Assembly: GCA_002269645.1 (NCBI GenBank)
Contig: NIVC01000829.1
Location: forward strand, 310,001-374,000
Reading direction: 5' to 3'
DNA: 64,000 bases
Source of the DNA: Macrostomum lignano
Lineage: Eukaryota
Numbering within the stretch: position 1 is the first letter of the stretch; each line of letters opens with the position of its first letter. This document shows positions 53,565-64,000 of this stretch, one piece after another. A model generated the notes under the pieces. It searched no databases and was not told the DNA's origin. It was given only the letters and a program-made list of their open reading frames with translations. A program made the position numbers and the translations under genes.

Positions 53565-54282
53565 TCGGGATCAAGGATCGGGATCAAGGATCGGGATCAA
53601 GGATCGGATCAAGGATCGAGATCAAGGATCGGGATCAAGGATCGGGATCAAGGATCGGGATCAAGGATCGGGATCAAGGATCGGGATCAAGGATCGGGAT
53701 CAAGGATCGGGATCAAGGATCGGGATCAAGGATCGGATAAAGGATCGGGATCAAGGATCGGGATCAAGGATCGGGATCAAGGATCGGGATCAAGGATCGG
53801 GATCAAGGATCGGGATCAAGGATCGGGATCAAGGATCGGGATCAAGGATCGGGATCAAGGATCGGGATCAAGGATCGGGATCAAGGATCGGGATCAAGGA
53901 TCGGGATCAAGGATCGGGATCAAGGATCGGGATCAAGGATCGGGATCAAGGATCGGGATCAAGGATCGGGATCAAGGATCGGGATCAAGGATCGGGATCA
54001 AGGATCGGATCAAGGATCGGGATCAAGGATCGGGATCAAGGATCGGGATCAAGGATCGGGATCAAGGATCGGGATCAAGGATCGGGATCAAGGATCGGGA
54101 TCAAGGATCGGGATCAAGGATCGGATCAAGGATCGGGATCAAGGATCGGGATCAAGGATCGGGATCAAGGATCGGGATCAAGGATCGGGATCAAGGATCG
54201 GGATCAAGGATCGGGATCAAGGATCGGGATCAAGGATCGGGATCAAGGATCGGGATCAAGGATCGGGATCAAGGATCGGGAT
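53565..54282. repeat. 13-bp tandem repeat (GGGATCAAGGATC); mirror array at 58950-60708 is more than twice as long
   Basis: Visible period; the long GSGSRIGIKDRDQ ORFs are its translation. Confidence 0.97.
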
Positions 54283-55097
54283 AATTGTCACCTACCTTTG
54301 AATGACTCCGTTTGAGAAGGTATCATCATTCTAAAATAAAGTTAAGCAGTAAGAATTTAATCGTTTTGAGCCACTTATGTTGACGGCACACTTGTGCAGG
54401 CATTCCAATGAGTAGATAATTATCGGATCCCACTTACATTAGGCCTACTGAAGCCGGAACAGCCGCAGGCCAACTTAGATCGATAATGGGGACATTGTAC
54501 TTTCGGGGTAGCCTTCTTAACTCTGTTAACGGATATGGCGATTCCAGCACAGCCTCCGATGCTATCTGAGACCAAACTCAGCACCAGGCAGCATTCAAGA
54601 AAACGGAGTATAGACTCAAATAGCTTTGCTCTTTGTTGTCTCATGGCTGACATCAGCCATAAGATTGTTAAATCTAATCGAATCTAATTTATTTTTCTAT
54701 TAGTCTTGCTTAGATAATCAGTTGAAAAATGGGGACATTATTTTTTGTCTATGGTGAATGATCAGAAAGGAAGTGTTGCTTTAAAAGGATGGGAGGCGTT
54801 GGTGATAAGCGTTTGCTTAAATGTGCAATACATACGAAATAGAAGGCCTTTCTTGACTTGACGTTTCTTCGGTAGAAAGTCTGGAAACCTCGTGACAATT
54901 TTTTTAGAAGTACAGAACTTTGTACTTACTTTTTGAAATTTCTCAATATCTAACATCGATTTGTTCCCTCTTTTCTTATTTCTTCTGGAGCTGAATTCAA
55001 CGATCAAAACAGCTCATTTATTTAAATATATTAATATTCTCAGAGGCCTTCGGCGACATCCTCCCACACCAAGGTATTGCTTCTTACCTTGAAAGTG

Positions 55098-55174
55098 NNN
55101 NNNNNNNNNNNNNNNNNNNNNNNNNNNNNNNNNNNNNNNNNNNNNNNNNNNNNNNNNNNNNNNNNNNNNNNNNN
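55098..55174. other. Assembly gap (77 N)
   Basis: Run of N. Confidence 1.
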
Positions 55175-55400
55175 GAACGTTTTAAACTATCAACAACTTC
55201 AACTTGACGCTATATTAAATAGTCGGATCCTATGTTAAATCTTAGCCTATTCTTTCGGTATCTATATATCTAGGCAAAAAATAGGAAGATCCTCTCAAAC
55301 TTTTGCATGTGTTTTTGAGATTGCAGTTGTATTTTAATCAAACTGTAGTTATAAAGTTTATGCTGGTTGCAAAGACGGCAAGAGGTCAATCGGTGCTTTA

Positions 55401-55706
55401 TCAACTTTTAGGTACACCAATCGGCCCTCTTCTGCAGGAGCCCTGACACCGCAGCGACCGGTCTGGATAGCGTCCGCAGCACTTTGAGCAGCAGTCGCTG
55501 TCGCTCTCGCATCGTTGCATTCTTGAAGCGCAGTTGCTGGGACAGGCCAGGCATTCAAGACCTGTTGTGGCGGACGTGCACGAAAAAACAAATCACAAAC
55601 ATTTACAAATACTGAATTACATTGCAGGTGTCTGTAGCATGAAAGCAGACAGCTTACCAACAGACACGAGAATGACTAGCACCAACAGCAGTACTAAATG
55701 CTTCAT
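55401..55706 (-). CDS. Secreted 69-aa cysteine-rich knottin-like peptide; exons 55706..55658 and 55561..55401
   Basis: MKHLVLLLVLVILVSV-G|LECLACPSNCASRMQRCESDSDCCSKCCGRYPDRSLRCQGSCRRGPIGVPKS*. Hydrophobic signal exon, G|gtaagc donor, pyrimidine-rich ...acaacag acceptor, phase 1, ATTAAA about 65 nt after the stop. Confidence 0.8.
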
Positions 55707-56193
55707 AATTATTATTTTAAATGATTTAGCTCAAGCGGCTCTTGACACGAAGATCTGGGTATGGCTTGTTAGTAATTGAGATCGTCTACTTGCATAGGCG
55801 AGTTTTTGATCAAAAACTTTTGCCTTATGTCTATGGTTAAAGGTGGTTATTCATTTTCCAAAAAAATCCAAGTTTTGTACGAGTTTGATCTGTATTGCAT
55901 TTTACTATGTGTAATAAACCACTGAAACGAGGAGATACGCGTACTCTATGCAGAATCTCGAGGCGAAGCCGAGGAGGTTTTGCCATAGAGTATCTCCTCG
56001 TTTCAGTGGGTTATTTTAATTTAATCAACTTTGCCTGTTCGCCTTGCTATGTCCCTAGTGTTAAGCTCGCGGAGATTATTGGTAGCGTTAACTCCGCTAC
56101 CATAGACAAACTTAAAATTGATAGTAAAACAAGAACACGTATATTTATTGAACGTTAAAACGGTAAACAAGCGTTTAGTCAGTTATAGTTGTT

Positions 56194-57250
56194 TTAGTTC
56201 GTTAGTCTACAACTTTTTATTGCTATCACTATTGCATCTTGTTTGTCGGGGAACTGAAATTGATCGTGCATGGTTGGCCCGTAGAAGTTTAGTACAGGGG
56301 CGGACCATTGTTGACTTAGAGCCAAAGCCTGCGGTCCGGAAATATTGGAGTTGCCGTTGGCAATTGCTGTTTCAACCTCACTCACGCCGCTCGTTTTGGC
56401 TGCGGCAGTGGGCTCTCCATATAGTACTGCCGACATGTTCTTCTCTGACTTACGGACGTCGATGTAGGACCTGTCAGCCTTTTCGGTAATCCTTCCAGTC
56501 TTCTGGCTTGCTATTTCCTTACTGATGCCGCCTTCCACCAACCTAGTCTTGCAGGTCCGACGCAGACTACTGTTCGTGATAGGTCCGGTCGTACTGCCGG
56601 CTTCAATCTGCTTGCCAGAGAACAGATTCTTCACGACGTTTTCAATCGTATGCACACCCATTGGTTGACTACGATACCATATATCAGATGTCGGCGCCTT
56701 GATCGGTGTCAGATAGAACGCAGAGTGACCTTGAGTCCGAATTGCTCCGGCCGGTGACGAACGTAGGTCTTATACATCGTGATGACACATTTGTCTGGGT
56801 CGCCATTCGAATAGATCCTGGTTGTTTTCGGCTCAACGTGTGCCTTGTGCAAACCAACTCTCCCGTTCTTCGACATTCGCTCGGTGTACACCAGACATTC
56901 AGTGTCATTTTCCTTGACGAGCACAAGCTGCGATCGCTCACCGAATTCTAACGCGCGATGTTCAGCACTCGCTCTGAGCGATAGGTGCAAACCTAAGTGG
57001 TCCTTAGGACCACTCTCCGTTGTCCTTGCGAAGTTCAAGCAGAAAGCACTGCAGCACGTAGTCCCATTCCTTCTTGCTCCACTCGAACATATCCTTCACA
57101 ACTTTCAACTGAGCAGTTTGGCGCACTCGCCAGTCAGTATACCAAGCGCACAGTTTATTCAATTGCTACGAACCTTTGTGGCCGTTGTTTTTGGAATTCG
57201 CGAGTCTCTAAATTCGGCAAGCCGGACGTCAAACGTTGGTGCTAGTGCTT
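56194..57250 (-). pseudogene. Decayed Crypton-type (DUF3504/ZMYM-like) tyrosine recombinase
   Basis: Fragments WYTDWRVR..WDYVLQCFLLELRKDNGE, GLHLSLRASAEHR..LVYTERMSKN..VEPK..DKCVITMYKTY, AFYLTP..WYRSQPMGVHTI and TNSSLRRTCKTRL..GI..TGR..RSY, with frameshifts and an internal deletion. Confidence 0.8.
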
Positions 57251-58578
57251 TGCACTGTAGACGCTTCAGTGCAAAGCACTGAACACTGAGCACTGAGCAC
57301 TGAACAAAGCAATGAAGACGCTGAATCACAGGTATACTTTTTGTCAACCAATCATAAGAAGTAAAGTCATAAAATGTTATTTTTAGCCACCAACCTTTCA
57401 TGCGTGACCTACAAATTATCATTTCAAACCACATCAGCGATTCATCATTCGGTCTGCACCGAATGAACCAATCAAAAATAACCCAGCTACGTTAACCAAT
57501 CATGCGCACTTACAGTAGACTTGTTGCTTAACTTTCTACCATGTCATGCTTGACAGCAACCAAAGCGTGACCCTTTGACATTTAAGAAAATGTACCCAAC
57601 GACCTCACGTGGGGTCCGTTTCTCTATAAAAACAAGTTGTCCGAAGAGGACCGGAGCGTCAAAAATCTGTCAGAGAGAAGAAGCTTCGAAGAGGAAGCCA
57701 GACTTTCTTCAGACCAAGTCAAAAAGGACTCGGCTGAGTTATTTGCGGTAATCCTTACTTATTTGCGCTAGTTGTTGAATCGACTCAAATTGATATTGTG
57801 ACTGAGTCTGTTTGAGACTCCATTGGTTGTAGTCTCCAGAAGGACTACCCTGATAGCGGCCCTAGAAGACTATCAGTGATTACCGGAGCTATACCTAGAG
57901 TGGATTAAGAAGGAATCCACTAGAAGGAGAAGGCTTATTTGAAACCGCAGCGCAGCGCAGGGATCCCCGTTGTTAATTCGAAGTTTCTCATTGGTCCGGA
58001 CTACAGATACCGGACAGGGACGACACCTGGGCAGTAAAAGAGAAACTAGCATCGAGCTACCAGCATCAAAGCGTCTAGACGAACTGACATCGAGGAATTC
58101 CAGATCGACAAAAGGAGTACTCATCCGAAGACACCACTTTCAAGGTAAGAAGCAATACCTTGGTGTGGGAGGATGTCGCCGAAGGCCTCTGAGAATATTA
58201 ATATATTTAAATAAATGAGCTGTTTTGATCGTTGAATTCAGCTCCAGAAGAAATAAGAAAAGAGGGAACAAATCGATGTTAGATATTGAGAAATTTCAAA
58301 AAGTAAGTACAAAGTTCTGTACTTCTAAAAAAATTGTCACGAGGTTTCCAGACTTTCTACCGAAGAAACGTCAAGTCAAGAAAGGCCTTCTATTTCGTAT
58401 GTATTGCACATTTAAGCAAACGCTTATCACCAACGCCTCCCATCCTTTTAAAGCAACACTTCCTTTCTGATCATTCACCATAGACAAAAAATAATGTCCC
58501 CATTTTTCAACTGATTATCTAAGCAAGACTAATAGAAAAATAAATTAGATTCGATTAGATTTAACAATCTTATGGCTG

Positions 58579-62580
<4,002 letters not shown>

Positions 62581-63580
62581 ATTATTGCACACATCTGCAA
62601 CTCATTTCTACCGAAGCAGTAAAATATACTCGAAAAAGTTGAATAATTTTATTTTTCATGCATCCTTACAAAACTGTGAAGAAACTGAGTGTTTTTTAAT
62701 ATACAATTATTAATTTAACCATCATTTGTACGCATTTTTTCCTAATTTTCTTGTGTCCCAATAATAGTCTGCAAATTTTGTATAGGAAACCTAACCAAAC
62801 CAACGAAATATTTCACCTTGCTCTAGGCGTCGTATCAGGTTTGTTTGATGCGAAAATGTATTGCAGTTATGAAGTATATAAACATTAAATTGTGGAGATA
62901 AAAAGCTACAAAAAACTAGGGGCGCCAGCACCAAGGGGCGCCAGCACCAAGGGGCGCCAGCACCAAGGGGCGCCAGCACCAAGGGGCGCCAGCACCAAGG
63001 GGCGCCAGCACCAAGGGGCGCCAGCACCAAGGGGCGCCAGCACCAAGGGGCGCCAGCACCAAGGTGCGCCAGCACCAAGGGGCGCCAGCACCAAGGTGCG
63101 CCAGCACCAAGGTGCGCCAGCACCAAGGGGCGCCAGCACCAAGGGGCGCCAGCACCAAGGGGCGCCAGCACCAAGGGGCGCCAGCACCAAGGGGCGCCAG
63201 CACCAAGGTGCGCCAGCACCAAGGGGCGCCAGCACCAAGGGGCGCCAGCACCAAGGGGCGCCAGCACCAAGGGGCGCCAGCACCAAGGGGCGCCAGCACC
63301 AAGGGGCGCCAGCACCCAGCTACTGCAAAGTTACGCCAGACAATAGGAAAGTACAAAGTTCCTAAAGTCCAAAGTGCTTTAAAATTTGACCATAGACTCA
63401 ATCTGATTCTGCTACTTCTGCACAGCTATGGAGAATGATATCGCATTTTCGTTTGAGATGCACACAATGCAGACCGAAGCTCCTAAAAAAGGGGTTGTTT
63501 TTGTCTATTTTTTTCGAAAATGAGCAGCCGAATCTGCCATGAAGCTGCCGGCGTCTTCAAAGGCTGCAAAAAATTCTGCA

Positions 63581-63863
63581 ATGCAGTGGCCAACTCTGCT
63601 AATCGTTGCTGCAACTTGTTGTGTTGGTCTGCAGGCGTTGCCTGTAAATCAGGCCGCTAGCAAAAGCAATAAAAACAGCAACAATAAGAATCTCCAGTGC
63701 CCATACTTTCAAAATAAGAGCTGCAGTTGCACGGCTGCCATAAAAAGTTCAGTAAGTTTGAGTTCTTAGCAATGAATATATAATTATAGTTATTTAGCTA
63801 TGTGCCACAATCAATTGGATCTTCGCAGAAGGGCCATGTCCGTCCCCTTGCAGGCATTAGCCT
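63581..63863 (+). CDS. 5' part of astacin D (inverted copy of A); exon 63581..63751 and 35-nt exon 63829..63863
   Basis: Reverse complement of 50733..50451; the gene runs off the window. Confidence 0.8.
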
Positions 63864-64000
63864 GTAAGTATGCAGGCATTTCTAACGTCACGGATAACTG
63901 TTAGTTTAATAAGATATGTAATTTTTACTTTTAAAAAATCTAGTTATAAATGTTAGCTTGTTTGCGAGTAAGATTACCAAAAGCATATACTGTTAAACAA

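Noticed and set aside
55358-55660. 100-aa minus-strand ORF in the track
   Set aside because: Alternative frame over the knottin exon; the Cys-rich frame with a matching signal exon explains the region better
57985-58010. TGGTCC as a possible LTR primer-binding site
   Set aside because: Complementarity to a tRNA 3' end does not extend, and no paired LTR or gag-pol was found

Overview
Eukaryotic, intron-containing animal DNA rich in satellites and transposon relics. Gene style is compatible with a flatworm such as Macrostomum, but the species is not demonstrable from the sequence. Splice models were assembled by hand with reading phase checked. Genes found: a divergent type II pantothenate kinase (partial, -), a C19orf47-like SAM protein (4 exons, -), an intronless Apaf-1 (CARD/NB-ARC/WD40, +), a choline transporter-like SLC44 gene (2 exons, -), a FAM219-like gene (5 exons, -), and an astacin metalloprotease cluster (A, B, C and the start of D). 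The astacin cluster is organised as a large near-identical inverted duplication (50314-55097 vs 58135-64000). Its spacer holds an assembly gap, a decayed Crypton-type tyrosine recombinase and a two-exon gene for a 69-aa secreted 10-Cys knottin-like peptide that is absent from the ORF track. Intron 2 of the C19orf47-like gene contains Penelope-like retroelement copies with minimal hammerhead ribozyme motifs. Also present are an RTE-type LINE fragment, a DIRS/Ngaro-type element with an intact SAP-domain gag, several MITEs and many tandem arrays.
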